Assembly (NCBI RefSeq): GCF_006345805.1
Contig: NC_043007.1
Coordinates: forward strand, 34,100,001 to 34,164,000
Reading direction: 5' to 3'
DNA: 64,000 nucleotides
Source of the DNA: Octopus sinensis
Lineage: Eukaryota
Shown here: positions 50,708 to 63,935 of the stretch, piece by piece
Layout of the letters: every line of letters starts with the position of its first letter
How positions within the stretch are numbered: position 1 is the first letter of the stretch
Position numbers and translations under genes: made by a program
Notes under the pieces: generated by a model
The model's input: only the letters and a program-made list of their open reading frames with translations
Database searches by the model: none
What the model was told of the DNA's origin: nothing

Positions 50708-52420
50708 TATATATACGTTTGATTAGAGGTAAATAAAATGAGAACTTTGAAAAGTCATTTATTTTTAAAGAAATGTCCAAATAATGAACGACGCTAGTCA
50801 TGTTGCACTCATACATGAGGTAAAATTCACATCACCTTTATAAATGTTTCGTACTTACTGTGGACCCTCCCAAGCAAAGAACGACAAAAACACGATAATC
50901 AGCGCTATCTTGGAGATAAATTCTGACCTAGACGCTACAATTACGTCAGGTCCGAGAAACTTGAGGTAAATGGTACTTCATCGATGAGACTGTGAGCTGT
51001 ATGGTTTGGCAAGTTACCAGCATTAACTACTTCTTCTGCTGTTAGATTTTCATCAGCGGCGATCTTGGCAATCTCATTAATGAATATCTTTACTGCTTCG
51101 GGATCAGCAGATGTTTTATCACTACAAAACCTGAAATATTTAATGCCATGACTTTCCTGAAATTCTATTAACCAACCTGCTGAATATCCACAGCGACCTT
51201 CAATACACAATTCGTCGTGATAAATTTTTGCTTGTCTCATAATCAACATTCCGTTAAGCAACAATGCGTTCAGTTTCGACGCTGACGAATCCACTTCATC
51301 ATTTTTCGCTCAATAAAATGTTTTAATATTTTTCATTAATTTTCGTTCATTCCTTTTAATATAATACTTTAACAGTTTGCCCTTGTATTTCATTAAGTCG
51401 TAGATAATCGTTGTCCGAGTACCAAACTCCTGTCAGATGTTTACATTGCTGTCAAATTTTTACCACAACTGGACTTTAGCAGTTTTCTCTTTCTCTTTTC
51501 AATATCGCCAATAGGAGTATCGCCAAGCCCTTTCCGACTTTTCCAAAAATATCTTCACATCACCGAGCCCATAAAAGAAGGTAATCCTAATGAATAAAAA
51601 TCGAAGATATTACAGTGACAACTGCTTTCACAAACTGATCACAAAGCGGCTAACTCACTTAGACTGGGAAATTTCCACCCCTCGGGAGGTGAGGTAACGA
51701 GTCATAACGGCTCACATCTGTTGTATTTGGTGGAACCTTCCCTGCATCTTGCGGAATTCAACATTTGTAGTGTGTTGTGTCAACATTCGAACAATCTTCG
51801 GATTTTAGAATTTCGGATAAAGGATCTCTAACTTATATATATATGTGTGCACACACATATACTGATTGCATGCATGGTAGTTCTCTAAGGCAAACTATTG
51901 CTTGCTTTGAAAAAAAAAAAAGTTTTTATATTCTTTATAAGAATTTCGTAAAGCAACTCTACGATATTTAGCATAACATAAGAATTCGTGAAACGGGCTG
52001 CTTTATAGTTCGAGTGTTAATAAATTGTCAGAGACAGACGTGACGCTAAATGTGATTAGATTACAAATAGGAAGGCCTGCTTTTCTTATAGAAAATTAGC
52101 TGCTGGAAACTTGAATATATTTATCTAAACATGATAGATGAAAAACAAATACAAGATAAAACAGCTTTTATTTTTTACACGAATCTGTTGTTAACAGATC
52201 GTCTATGTTTTACCATCATTTACATATATTTTAAATTTGTGTTTTCTTACGAACAATATATGCGTGGAATAATTAGATGCTGTTTTAAACAATATTTGTG
52301 TACGCTGAAAAATACGTATACATTTATTCTCCAGCTTATTAAAATAAAGTGCTTGGTCTTAAAACTTTACTTTTATCATGAGATTCAAAAGAAACCACTC
52401 TTTACGCTATTCTTTTGTAG

Positions 52421-52431
52421 GAGCTGGAATG
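52421..52431 (+). other. Candidate 11 nt microexon
   Basis: ctctttacgctattcttttgtag|GAGCTGGAATG|gtaaga: strong acceptor and donor, in non-repeat sequence. Confidence 0.3.
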
Positions 52432-52809
52432 GTAAGAACAGCCTGGAATTCTCTTGTTTCAGTCACTGGACTGCAGTACTTCCGGGGAATCGCTCTGAAG
52501 AGTTAAATCAAATGAATCGATCACATTAAATGCTTTTGATTTTAGTTCTTAGAGCTTATGCAGAAGAGATCAATAGCATAAACCAAGGGGATGTAAACAA
52601 TCCAATAATGTTGTAAAGCTTGGAAGACAAGCAAGGACACATGCATCATCCATCCATCCATACAAGAGTGAAGACCCCCTTCGGTCATGTATGACCATGG
52701 GGTTGCCCCTAGAAAGTTCCCCTCCTTGCCATGAGAAATGAACTCTGAAGCAAACAAATCATCTGAAATCAGATAAAACTGATAATCGAACAACACGATA
52801 AAATGGTAG

Positions 52810-53292
52810 TCAAGAAGAAGGTGAAGAAGAAGAAGAGGGTGAAGAGGGTGAAGAAGAAGAAGAAGAAGAAGAGAAGAAGAAGAAGAAGAAGAAGAAGGTG
52901 AAGAAGGTGTAAAAAGGTGAAGAAGAAGAAGTAGAAGAAGAAAGTGAAGAAGAAGCAGGAAAAGAAGAAGAAGAAGAAGCAGAAAAGAAGAAGGTGAAAA
53001 ATAGAAGAAGGTGAAGAAGAAAAAGAAGTGGAAGGTGGAGAAGGTGAAGAAAAAGAAAAAAAGAAGAAGAAGAAGAGGAAGAAGGTGAAGAAGAAAAAGA
53101 AAAAGAAGGCGAAGACGAAGAAAGAGGAGAAAGTGAAGAAGAAGAAGGTGAAGAAGAAGAAAAAGGTGAAGGAAAAGAAGAGGAAGAAGGTGAAGGTGAA
53201 GAAGACGAAGATGACGAAGAAGAAGAAGAGGAAAAAGAGAAAGAAGAAGAAGACGAAAAAAGAAGGTGAAGAAGAAGAAGAAGAAGAAGAAG
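52810..53292. repeat. (GAA)n-derived polypurine tract
   Basis: Direct reading; the poly-K and poly-S ORFs are artefacts. Confidence 0.95.
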
Positions 53293-55797
53293 ATTCATCC
53301 GCAAAAATCCAGATTAGAAATCAAACAATGAGAGTCAAACCGGCAAATTAAAGGAAGTCCAACATTTGAATCTATCAAAATAACATATTATATGTATAAA
53401 AAAGTTCACTTAAATCACGCGGTATCTCTAATATGTTTGAATGACAGAGAATAAAAACTGAAAATCTTTGCGCATGATATGTTCAAATTCCATTTATTGA
53501 ACGAACGAATGACAAGGCTGCGTGCTTAAGAAGCTCGCTTTGAATTACGTGGTTTCTAGCCGAGAGTCCCATTGCACGGTACTTGTTTAAGGGTGTTCTA
53601 CTATCACCCAAGGAAGACCAGTACGTTATGAATTGGTAAATGGAAACTGTACGGAGGCCCATTGTGTGAGTGCGTGGATGTAGGTGTTATATGAATGTAT
53701 GTATTCGTGTTCGTCCCCCATACCAGCTTCACGACCAGTGTTGGTTTACTTATGCCCTCGTAACATAGCAGTTCGGCAAAAGAGAATTATATAATAAGTA
53801 CCAGACTTCGATCAGTTTCTTCGAGTAAAACCCTTCAGGCAGGGCCCTATCATAGCTTCAGTTCAACAAGAAAAAATCAAGCAATAATCTGCGAATGTAC
53901 TTCATGGGTGATGATCGAGAAAAGATATAGCTATAAGCAATATTCATGGTGCTGTACGGCAAGTTGTCTTTGATATTCAGGATGCATTACATCTGTCTAA
54001 TGATTGTGCAATGAGCTTTAAAACATCCATGCAAATAAAGCGCTCTCTGTGGTGAATAAAAGACGTCCTATGCTTTAATAAAGCTGCGATTGTATTTGTA
54101 GAGGTACCATAGTTGTGAAATAACGTTACCAATCTCTCATCAAACTGTAAAAATCCCACCGTTTGTTAGATCTATTTCAATATTTTGTCGTACTTTGGAA
54201 AGTAGATACAACAGAATTGGAAGAAAGTGCCGGGGAATGATTTCTATATCCATAGGTTAATGAGTAGATCAGGTGGAACTCTTCATTATTTCAACCAACT
54301 CACCAATCATTCCATAGTGAAGAACATGTATGCCAAGATCGGGTCGGAACGATTTGCCTTCATCAGGCTAAACTGGAAGTTGTTCCTCTTCTATTACTAT
54401 CGTAAACAGCAGTAGCTTTCTTCAACCGAATACACATCGTTGATTGACTGAAATTACCTAAATACGATAACTTTAATACGAAACAACTTCTAAAATACGA
54501 CATTTTGTCAAAAAGGTTCTGGGTGAACCGTGTTCTACGTGAGCAATTTTACCAGTATTCGAAGTTTCAAACTGTTTAGTTAAAAAAAAAAATTATTAAA
54601 AAAATCTATGATTGAGATGGAATAGTTCCAAGTTGCCTTGAAGAGCGTTAACCTTTTTGCTTTTTATTAATTCACCGAATCATTCTAGAATCCCACCATA
54701 GATGGAAAGAAGATAGAACCTGTTACATACACAGGTCTTCGACTGGTGGGAATTTATACGGTTGATGTTCAGTTTTAAATTGTTGTTTGTAGGAAAACCA
54801 TAACCCCATGGATTGGAATAAGATTACAGAGAGCCACTTTTATAGTCAGGAATAATAAAGCGAAGTGTTCGGTGTGGGTGTTTGTTTATGAGGAGGCAGC
54901 TCACTTAGGGTGTCAAGAGAATAACATGTGAATAGGAGGAGTAGGCCATGATAAGTAGTGAGCCAGTGCAGGGGATTAGATGCTGTAGCAGAAGAGTTGC
55001 TAAGGAGGAGAACAGTTGCATGTTTGTGAGCTGAAGTATGGTAGTGAGTAAATCTTTTCTAAACACTCGAATAACTTGTAGCTGCATTATGCCATAAATT
55101 CCAGCAAAAGTTTACTGTGGATCTTAACTTTTCTAGTGCTAGCAACACATCATCGTCGTGGTATTTCTTGGCTTGAGAAACCTAAGAAAATATATGGGAG
55201 AGAGGATACAACTCGGCATGAATTGGGCAGTAGGTCAACAATGAATCTGCCAAAAATAAAATAAATTTAAATGAAAAAAAAAAAAAACGATTGGCGAATG
55301 AACCAATAGAAACCAAACCAAATTGTTTGCTTGTGTCAATAGTTCAAAGCAAAATCGTAATAAATGATAAACAAATCTTACATGACAGACCAAACATCCA
55401 TCCGCAATAACATCCCGCCTCTCTCTATCAATCTATCTATCTATTTATCTCTCTATCACTTGCGCGCTCATACACAGATGCGCAGCCACATGCATTTGCA
55501 AATGCACACTGAATATACAAACAGTACAGCATGATGAGTTGTTTTAACAGACACGTCTTAGGCAAGATTAATTGATTGATTAACATATCAGCACCGCCAG
55601 ATCAATAATTTGCCGCCAGGCTTTCTATTGTTCGCTTGCATTCCGTGGATGAGATTCAACTGAGCTGACTTGTGAATAATACTAAAAAAATACCTCTGAG
55701 TAAACTTTATAACAATAGTCAAATCACCAGTGATGTATGGGAAAGACAACAAGACACTAGAGGTGTTGATCATAACATATATACATGTATATATACA

Positions 55798-55888
<91 letters not shown>

Positions 55889-56223
55889 GGAGGCGCAATG
55901 GCCCAGTGGTTAGAGCAGAGGACTCGCGGTCATAGGATCGCGGTTTCGATTCCCAGACCGGGCGATGTGAGTGTTTATTGAGCGAAAACACCTAAGGCTC
56001 CACAACTTTCTCTCACTCTTACTTCCTGTTTCTGTTGTACCTGTATTTCAAAGGGCCGGCCTTGTCACTCTCTGTGTCACGCTGAATATCCCCGAGAACT
56101 ACGTTAAAGGGTACACGTGTCTGTGGAGTGCTCAGCCACTTACACGTTAATTTCACGAGCAGGCTGTTCCGTTGATTCGGATCAACCGGAACCCTCGTCG
56201 TCGTAACTGACGGAGTGCTTCCC
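55889..56223 (+). mobile_element. SINE family C (tail variant 3) with internal deletion
   Basis: Inverse homologue of 44533-44914, lacking the segment between two ccac motifs. Confidence 0.9.
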
Positions 56224-56224
56224 C

Positions 56225-57287
56225 ATATATATATATATATATATGCATGAGCATTTTTTAACAGGAACATGTATAGGGTCACCCAACATTAAGAAATAGC
56301 AGCGAAATCTACCTCAAATCACACTGAAACAGCAGTAGACCATAAATGTATTTTATGGTTCGACAAATGAGACCGATAGAATAAGTAGTAGGCTTAAGGA
56401 ATAAGTTATGAGGTAGAGTCAGTCGTTCGACTAAAACCCTTCAAAGCAGTGCTTCAGCATGACCGTAGTTAGAATTACTGAAACAAGGAGAAGAATAAGA
56501 ATATATATACATATATAAAGTCAAGATGGATAAATGCTACTGGAGTTAAGATGGGACAAGTGTTGTGATGATGAGGCTACTGCGGCAGAATCATATATAT
56601 CAATAGCTGTTTCCTTGTTTCCAAACTAGCAGACAGCTGTGAACACGTGTTCCTACTTCAATTATGTTGTCATCCATACTTCTACTACAGCCTCGGGCCG
56701 ACCAAAATCTTGTGAGTGGATTTGGTAGACGGAAACTGAAAGAAGCCCGTCGTATATATATATATATATATATATATATGCATGAGCATTTTTTAACAGG
56801 AACATGTATAGGGTCACCCAACATTAAAGAAATAGCAGCGAAATCTACCTCAAATCACACTGAAACAGCAGTAGACCATAAATGTATTTTATGGTTCGAC
56901 AAATGAGACCGATAGAATAAGTAGTAGGCTTAAGGAATAAGTTATGAGGTAGAGTCAGTCGTTCGACTAAAACCCTTCAAAGCAGTGCTTCAGCATGACC
57001 GTAGTTAGAATTACTGAAACAAGGAGAAGAATAAGAATATATATACATATATAAAGTCAAGATGGATAAATGCTACTGGAGTTAAGATGGGACAAGTGTT
57101 GTGATGATGAGGCTACTGCGGCAGAATCATATATATCAATAGCTGTTTCCTTGTTTCCAAACTAGCAGACAGCTGTGAACACGTGTTCCTACTTCAATTA
57201 TGTTGTCATCCATACTTCTACTACAGCCTCGGGCCGACCAAAATCTTGTGAGTGGATTTGGTAGACGGAAACTGAAAGAAGCCCGTC

Positions 57288-57300
<13 letters not shown>
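56225..57300. repeat. 535 bp near-identical direct tandem duplication bounded by (TA)n
   Basis: gcatgagcatttttt at 56245 and 56780. The only difference I noticed is aacattaagaa vs aacattaaagaa. Confidence 0.95.
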
Positions 57301-57324
<24 letters not shown>

Positions 57325-57541
57325 CGTGTGTGTGTGTATTTGTGTGTCTCTGTTTGTCCCTCACCAACATCGCTTGACAACCGATGCTGGTGTATTTGCA
57401 TCCCCGTCACTTAGCGGTTCGGCAAAAGAGACCGATAGAATGAGTACTAGACTTCCAAAGAATCAGTCCTGGGGTCGATTTGCTCGACTAAAAATGCGGT
57501 GCTTTAGCATGGCCACAATCAAATGACTGAAACAAGTAAAA

Positions 57542-57542
<1 letters not shown>
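57216..57542 (+). mobile_element. SINE family B, 5'-truncated
   Basis: Begins cttctactacagcctcgggccgacc and runs through the tail. Confidence 0.88.
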
Positions 57543-57594
<52 letters not shown>

Positions 57595-58629
57595 GCAGTA
57601 GCAGTAGTAGTGGTGGTAGTCGCAGCAGCAGATGTACCAGTAGTATTAGTAGTTATTTTTGCTTTTTGTTATTATTTAAACTAACAAAAAAGTTTTGCCA
57701 ATGTTTACTTTCGTAGACAAGCCGTTTCAAGTTAAAACTTACAGATAAACTAAAGATTAAATAAATAAATTATCTCACTTCTCATTCATCATATCGCTGA
57801 CACAAGAAAGATATGAATGCCTACGCATCTGTATGTGCATGAGCGTATTAATGTATGAATAATATATATGTGTGCACTTATAAGTAAAATTACGTATGTA
57901 CAGGGTGTCCAAAAATATATAGAGAGAATTTGAATGATTGCAAATCATTCGAAACTATAATTTTTTTTTCCGGTGAAACGATAATAGAAGAAATATTCAG
58001 CTTTCAGAAGAGGAAAATTTAACTTAAAGTGCTACCAGTGCGTGTGTATAAGTGCATGGCTTAATGGATAGGCTATTGCGCTCATGATCGTAAGATTGCT
58101 GTTTCGATTCTCATGCTTTGCATTCTCATATGAAACATTTAATTTTATGTTACTTTGCTCCGGTTCAATCAACTAGAAACATGAGTAACTTTGCTATGGA
58201 ATGGCGTTCTGACCAGCGGGGGTGGAAGTGGGATATATATAAATATATATATGAGAAGTAAGTTCATGGATTAGATCCAGGACGTCATACCTTAAATATA
58301 TAAACAACGAGGCCAATCCAGCATGTATCTCATTGCTTTGGACTCGTTGTTTATATATTTAATCTATGGCATCCCTGTTGATGAAGACTTCGCCTGTTAG
58401 ATAAATAAATTTTTATTTAGTAAAATAAGTCAGAAGCCATGGTCCAGGAATTAGATGGTAAATGTTTTTATTTTTCATTACCTTCGAAAATTTATCCCTA
58501 TTAGTGGTTTGGATATTAACTGTTCCTTCTCGCGTAAAGGATTCCTGCGATGGAAGCCTCTTAATGTGTTATAATGTCCACTGTATTTTATATGAATAAT
58601 ATATAGACGATTGACTAAATTTTTCTCTA

Positions 58630-58743
58630 CGATAGGCCACTGGTAGTAAAAGTTTCTAAAATCTTTATTACCCTGATATTATTGAATATACATATATATA
58701 TGTGTGTGTGTATATGTACATATATATACATATATATATATGT

Positions 58744-58783
<40 letters not shown>

Positions 58784-58968
58784 GTTAATTCATTTCTCCG
58801 GGCTCGAATTAGCAGGAAGGTGAAAAATGTTTCGACCCATGACACTACTTGTGACCGAAGAAAGGGATGTGTAAAATTTGAATGAAATCGATCTGGTATT
58901 TCTCGAGTTTTAGTGATTAGTGATACACACATAGAGACAGACAGATATTCTCAGTTTTATATATATAG

Positions 58969-58971
<3 letters not shown>
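58630..58971 (-). mobile_element. Possible non-autonomous Helitron-like element
   Basis: Minus strand starts tctatatatataaaactgagaatatctgtctgtc and contains cgatttcattcaaattttacac; 3' CTAG not clear. Confidence 0.45.
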
Positions 58972-59024
<53 letters not shown>

Positions 59025-59766
59025 TTATACACACACACACATACCTAAAACTATCTATGTAGCTGTATCTGTATTTCGTCTGTCTTTACTCTTCTGAGTT
59101 CAAATTACGCCGAGGTCGACTTTGCCTTTCATCCTTATGGGACCGATAAATTAAGTACCAGTTACATACTGAGGTCGTTCTATTCGACTGGCCTCCTTTC
59201 CCCCAAAGTTCGGTCCTTGTGCCTAGAGTAGAAAAGTATCTATATATCTGTCTGTCTTTTTGTGTCTGTGGGTGCGTTTGTATGTGTGTGTGTGTGTGTG
59301 TGAGTGTGTGTGTGTATGTGTGTGTGCCTCTGTGTGTGAGTGTGTGTGTGTATCTGTCTGTCTGTCTGACAGTATATACAATTTCATACATAAATTTGCC
59401 TTAGTTTTCTCCACTGCAAATTCGGAGGCTCCAATTCAAATGTATATTGTGTGTGTGTCTGTGTATATTTGTGTATGTGTGTGAATGTGTGTGAGTGTGT
59501 GTGTGTGTATTTGTGCGTGTGTGTGTGTGTGTGTGTGTGTAAATTTAGGATTCTGAAGACAAAGATCATGTTGCGACCTTATCATTTTCGGTTTCTTTCT
59601 AACTAATATTAATTGTATAAATTTATAGCACGATAGAAATAAGCGAAAACAAGGCGCGCTCCATTTCTTCACACAAACTTTGAAAGAAAACAGATGTCAT
59701 ATTACAAATATGATAAATTTTCTACAAATATTATTCACCTTCACCTTCAATATATACTCTTTATAA

Positions 59767-60530
59767 GTCGGCGAGCTGGCAGAAACGTTAGCATTCCGGG
59801 CGAAATGCGTAGCCCTATTTCGATTGCCATTAGGTTCTGAGTTCAAATTCCACCGAGGTCGAATTTGCCTTTCATCCTTTCGGGGTCGATAAATTAAGTA
59901 CCAGTTACGTACTGAGGTCGATGTAATCTACTAAACCGTTTGCCTGTCCTTGTTTGTCCCCTCTGTGTGTAGCCCATTTTGGGCAGTAAAGAAATAGGTA
60001 TTTCATCTGCCGCTACTTTCTTAGTTCAAATTCCGCCGAGGTCGACTTTGCCTTTCATCCTTTCGGGGTCAATTAAATACGTACCAGTTACGCACTGGGG
60101 TCGATGTAATCCACTAAACCGTTTGCCTCTACTTGTTTGTCCCCTCTGTGTGTAGCCCGTTGTGGGCAGTAAAGAAATAGGTATTTCATCTGCCGCTACG
60201 TTCTGAGTTCAAATTCTGCCGAGGTCGACTTTGCCTTTCATCCTTTCGGGGTCAATTAGATAAGTACAAGTTACGCGCTGGGGTCGATATAATCGAGTTA
60301 ATCCGTTTGTCTGTCCTTGTTTGTCCTCTCTGTGTTTAGCCCCTTGTGGGCAATAAAGAAATAGGTAATTCATCTGTCTTTATGTTCTGCGTTCAAATTC
60401 CGCCGATGTCGATTTTGCTTTAATCCTTTCGGGGTCGATAAATCAAGTAACCCGTTTCGTGCTGGGGTCAATCTAATCGACTGACCCTCTCTCCCAAAAT
60501 TTCCGGTCTTGTGCCTCGAGTAGAAAAGAA
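59767..60530 (+). mobile_element. SINE family A tetramer (one head, 183-184 bp headless repeats)
   Basis: Junction aagaaatag|gta(t/a)ttcatctg at 59998, 60181 and 60365; the last monomer has the alternative tail. Confidence 0.92.
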
Positions 60531-60599
60531 TATATATAATCTTTATACCCTCTCTTTCATGTTTTGTAACCTTGTTATCTATCATTCGGTCTTGCTCTA

Positions 60600-60660
<61 letters not shown>

Positions 60661-60849
60661 AAGTGAATGCGTGCATGTGTGTGTTTGTGTGTCTATAAAT
60701 TTATACCTCAAGGAAATGGAACAAAGAGGATTTATTTGTTTCTTTGTAGTGGCAGCAACTGGAAGTTCTTGACGTTTTGTTTCTTACCATATATACAGAG
60801 TGTCAAATTGGTGGCGAAACTGGAGGAAATCTACCGTTACTACACAAAG

Positions 60850-60915
60850 AAAATTAACTCATTGAAACAGATGAGCTACGGGGAGAGGCTACAAGAACCG
60901 AAGCTCCACTCTCTG
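60850..60915 (+). mobile_element. Short CR1-group LINE fragment
   Basis: INSLKQMSYGERLQEPKLHSL resembles the YEERL..L.L.SL motif. Confidence 0.5.
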
Positions 60916-61067
60916 GATACTCATCGACACCGAAAGGCTGAGAGGGAAAGTCAACCTTGGAAGAATTTAGATGCAGGACGCAAAGATGGACGAAATGCTG
61001 TTAAGTATCTTTCCTGGCGTGCTAAAGATTTTGCCAGCTCCGCGCCCTAAATAGATTTAAAATATCC

Positions 61068-61470
61068 TCTTTTACTCTTTTACCTGTTTTAGTCATTTGA
61101 GTGTGGCCATGCTGGAGCACCGCGTTTAGTCGAGCAAATCAACCTCAGGACTTATTCTTTGTAATCTTAATACTTATTCTATCGGTCACTTTTGCCGAAC
61201 CGCTAAGTTACGGTGACGTAAACACACCAGCACTGGCTGTCAAGCGATGCTGGGGGAGACAAACACAGAAACACAAACATACACACACACACACATATAT
61301 ATATACATATATACGACGGGCTTCTTTCAGTTTCCATCTGCCAAATCCACTCACAAGGCTTTAGTCGACCCGAGGCTATAGTAGAAGACACTTTTCCAAA
61401 GTGCCACGCAGTGGGACTGAACCCGGAACCATGTGATTGGTAAACAAGCTGCTTACCACACAGCCACTCC
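61068..61470 (-). mobile_element. SINE family B, full length
   Basis: Full layout present. Confidence 0.92.
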
Positions 61471-63336
61471 AAATTTTTTGTACAAGGCCAGCAATTTGGG
61501 GAAAGTGGGTAAGTCGACTACATCAACGCCAATGCTCAACTGGTACTTATTTCATCCACCCCGAAAAAGACGCAAGGCTACGTCAACCGCAGCAGAAGTT
61601 GAACTTAGAACATAAAGACGGACAAAATGCTGTTAAGCATTTCACCCGGCGTGCTAACGATTCTCCTCGTTCGCTGCCTTAAATAGGTTCAAAGCATTAA
61701 ACAGATTTTAGCTGAGATAATAATTTATATGAATGTAAATGCACTGTGCTCTGCCTTCGATGTACGAAAGAAATTAGGGGGACTTTCGACGGCCCGTTTC
61801 ACAATTTGATGGTATTTAAAATATATTTAACATGCAGATACACACAAATACACGAAAGAAATATTATTAAAAGACGGTTTATATTTGTATGCAATCATTA
61901 TTATATTTTCCGGCAGACAATTCGAAATTTTCTGAACAAAATTTACAGCTAAAGAAAAGTAGGTCAACTTTGGAGGACCAAAACTTCATTGAAAAAGAAA
62001 AAAAATGGTAGGATTGGAAAAAAATAGTGATAGTGTTTGAATAAGAATAACTTCACTACAATTTTGCACTACATATTTATACTAGTAAGAGCATCGTCTC
62101 CTATGTCATAAAATACGGTATTACAATTCCACATTTAAAATTTCTGTTTTTGAGAAGTTAATACTCGGTTTAAAATACTGTGGCAGATGGAACATAATTT
62201 ATTCTTTGTTTCGTGTTTGAAATTGTTTTATTTCTAAAATATTCAGGTTTATGTTCTATAAATATCAATGTGTTAATATCTGTAATGGTTGCCTATATTT
62301 CAAATAAATCTTGCAAAAAGAAAATTTACTGTCTAATTCATTGAGCAGAATTATCGAATATTTTTTAATGTAAACAAATTTATTGTGAAAGACAAAAGAA
62401 TAATCTTTTTTTTTTTACGTTATATGGTATTTGAAACCATATGATAACTTTTCGAAAATTTGTATATGAGGAATTTTAATAACGATAATGGTCTAAATTA
62501 TACACAACGTGTATATTGTCGTCTGAGTGAGGTGAGTGGAAGTATGTTTATGAATGTGACAGAAATAATTAGAGCATAAGAGGTGAGAGAAAAAGATGGA
62601 GAGAGAGAGATGAAGAAGGAATAGAGAGAAAATTGGACTGCTAAAGAATATGTAAAATATAAATTAACGAGAAATAAACACAAAATGGACTTTCGACATA
62701 CAAAAATCTAATAACGTTTCTGCGCTTCACGTTAACACTTCCTATTACCACTCGATTAGAATCTTTTCGGTTTGAAAAGCAGTTTTTTCTAGCGGTGTTA
62801 TATGACCCTAGTATCGATCTATTGCATTTCAATCTGTTTTAGGGTTAGGGTTAATGGTGGGGGAAGGGTATCTTTTTTTCTTCAGAAATGTAAATAAACC
62901 CAATCTGTTTCTTAAATCAGGGACATATTCATACGGCACAGAATGTTTTCACCTCAATAGACGTCATTCATTGGTTGAAATTGCAGAAATTGAAGAAAAA
63001 ACAACAAATATCTTACAAACTATAGAATTTTATCAATAAAGCCAAGAGAAAAACATGTTTTATAACACATTCTACCAGTATACGAAGTTTAAAAGTGTTT
63101 AGTTACGTGGAAATTATTTTAAAAAACTGCTGTTCAAACCGAAAAGATCCCTCGATTAAAACTCCCATGTGTCAAAACCTAATTTCTTGAATATTCACCC
63201 CCAACTAATATTTAGACCAGATTTCTTCGTGTATTATTATTATTCTGGGATGAATTTCGATTTCTGTGCAAATTTTGCAAAAGAATGGTGACATATTTTC
63301 AATTAAACATCAATGCTTATATATCTTGGTAATGAA

Positions 63337-63935
63337 GGCGGCGAGCTGGCAGAAACGTTAGCACGCCGGGCGAAATGCGTAGCCGTATTTCGTCTGCCGT
63401 AACGTGCTGAGTTCAAATCCCGCCGAGGTCGACTTTGCCTTTCATCCTTTCGGAGTCGATAAATAAAGTACCAGTTACGCACTGGGGTCGATGTAATCGA
63501 CTTAATCCGTTTGTCTGTCCTTGTTTGTCCTCTCTGTGTTTAGCCCCTTGTGGGTAGTAAAGAAATAGGTATTTCGTCTGCCGTTACGTTCTGAGATCAA
63601 ATTCCGCCGAGGTCGACTTTGCCTTTCATCATTTCGAAGTCGATAAATAAAGTACCAGTTACGCACTGGGGTCGATGTAATCGACTTAATCCGTTTGTCT
63701 GTCCTTGTTTGTCCTCTCTGTGTTTAGCCCCTTGTGGGCAGTAAAGAAATAGGTATTTCGTCTGCCGTTACGTTCTGAGATCAAATTCCGCCGAGGTCGA
63801 CTTTGCCTTTCATCCTTTCGAAGTCGATAAATAAAGTACCAGTTTCGCACTGGGACCGATATATTCGACTTAATCCGTTTCTCTTTCCTTGTTTTACCCC
63901 TCTGTGTGGAGCCCCTTGTGGGCAGTAAAGAAATA
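63337..63935 (+). mobile_element. SINE family A trimer with a single 12 bp TSD
   Basis: 184 bp period (63385, 63569, 63753). atcttggtaatg at 63323-63334 and 63941-63952. Confidence 0.93.

Larger units (their letters stand above)
49060..51834 (-). mobile_element. Tigger4/Zombi-like (pogo family) transposon relic with nested insertions
   Basis: TA+caggttgagaatcgcttatccgaa at the left end and the degenerate inverse tttcggataaaggatctctaactt at the right end, resembling MER46/Tigger4 termini as I recall them. Transposase fragment ~50941-51570 includes YSAGWLIEFQESHGIK...DKTSAD (CENP-B-type HTH). Confidence 0.7.

Noticed and set aside
52810-53351. Poly-Ser and poly-Lys/Glu ORFs
   Set aside because: They derive from the (GAA)n tract.
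54330-54375. Minus-strand ctgatgaaggc motif
   Set aside because: GAAA is absent and stem I does not pair.
59767-60530. Regularly spaced repeats resembling a CRISPR array
   Set aside because: Units are whole SINE bodies with no unique spacers, in eukaryotic DNA with no cas genes.
62838-62853. ttagggttagggtta telomere-like motif
   Set aside because: Only ~2.5 units, embedded in what appears to be a dispersed repeat; not an interstitial telomere array.
63337-63420. tRNA-like A/B boxes at SINE heads
   Set aside because: They are SINE promoters without a complete cloverleaf; no true tRNA genes called.
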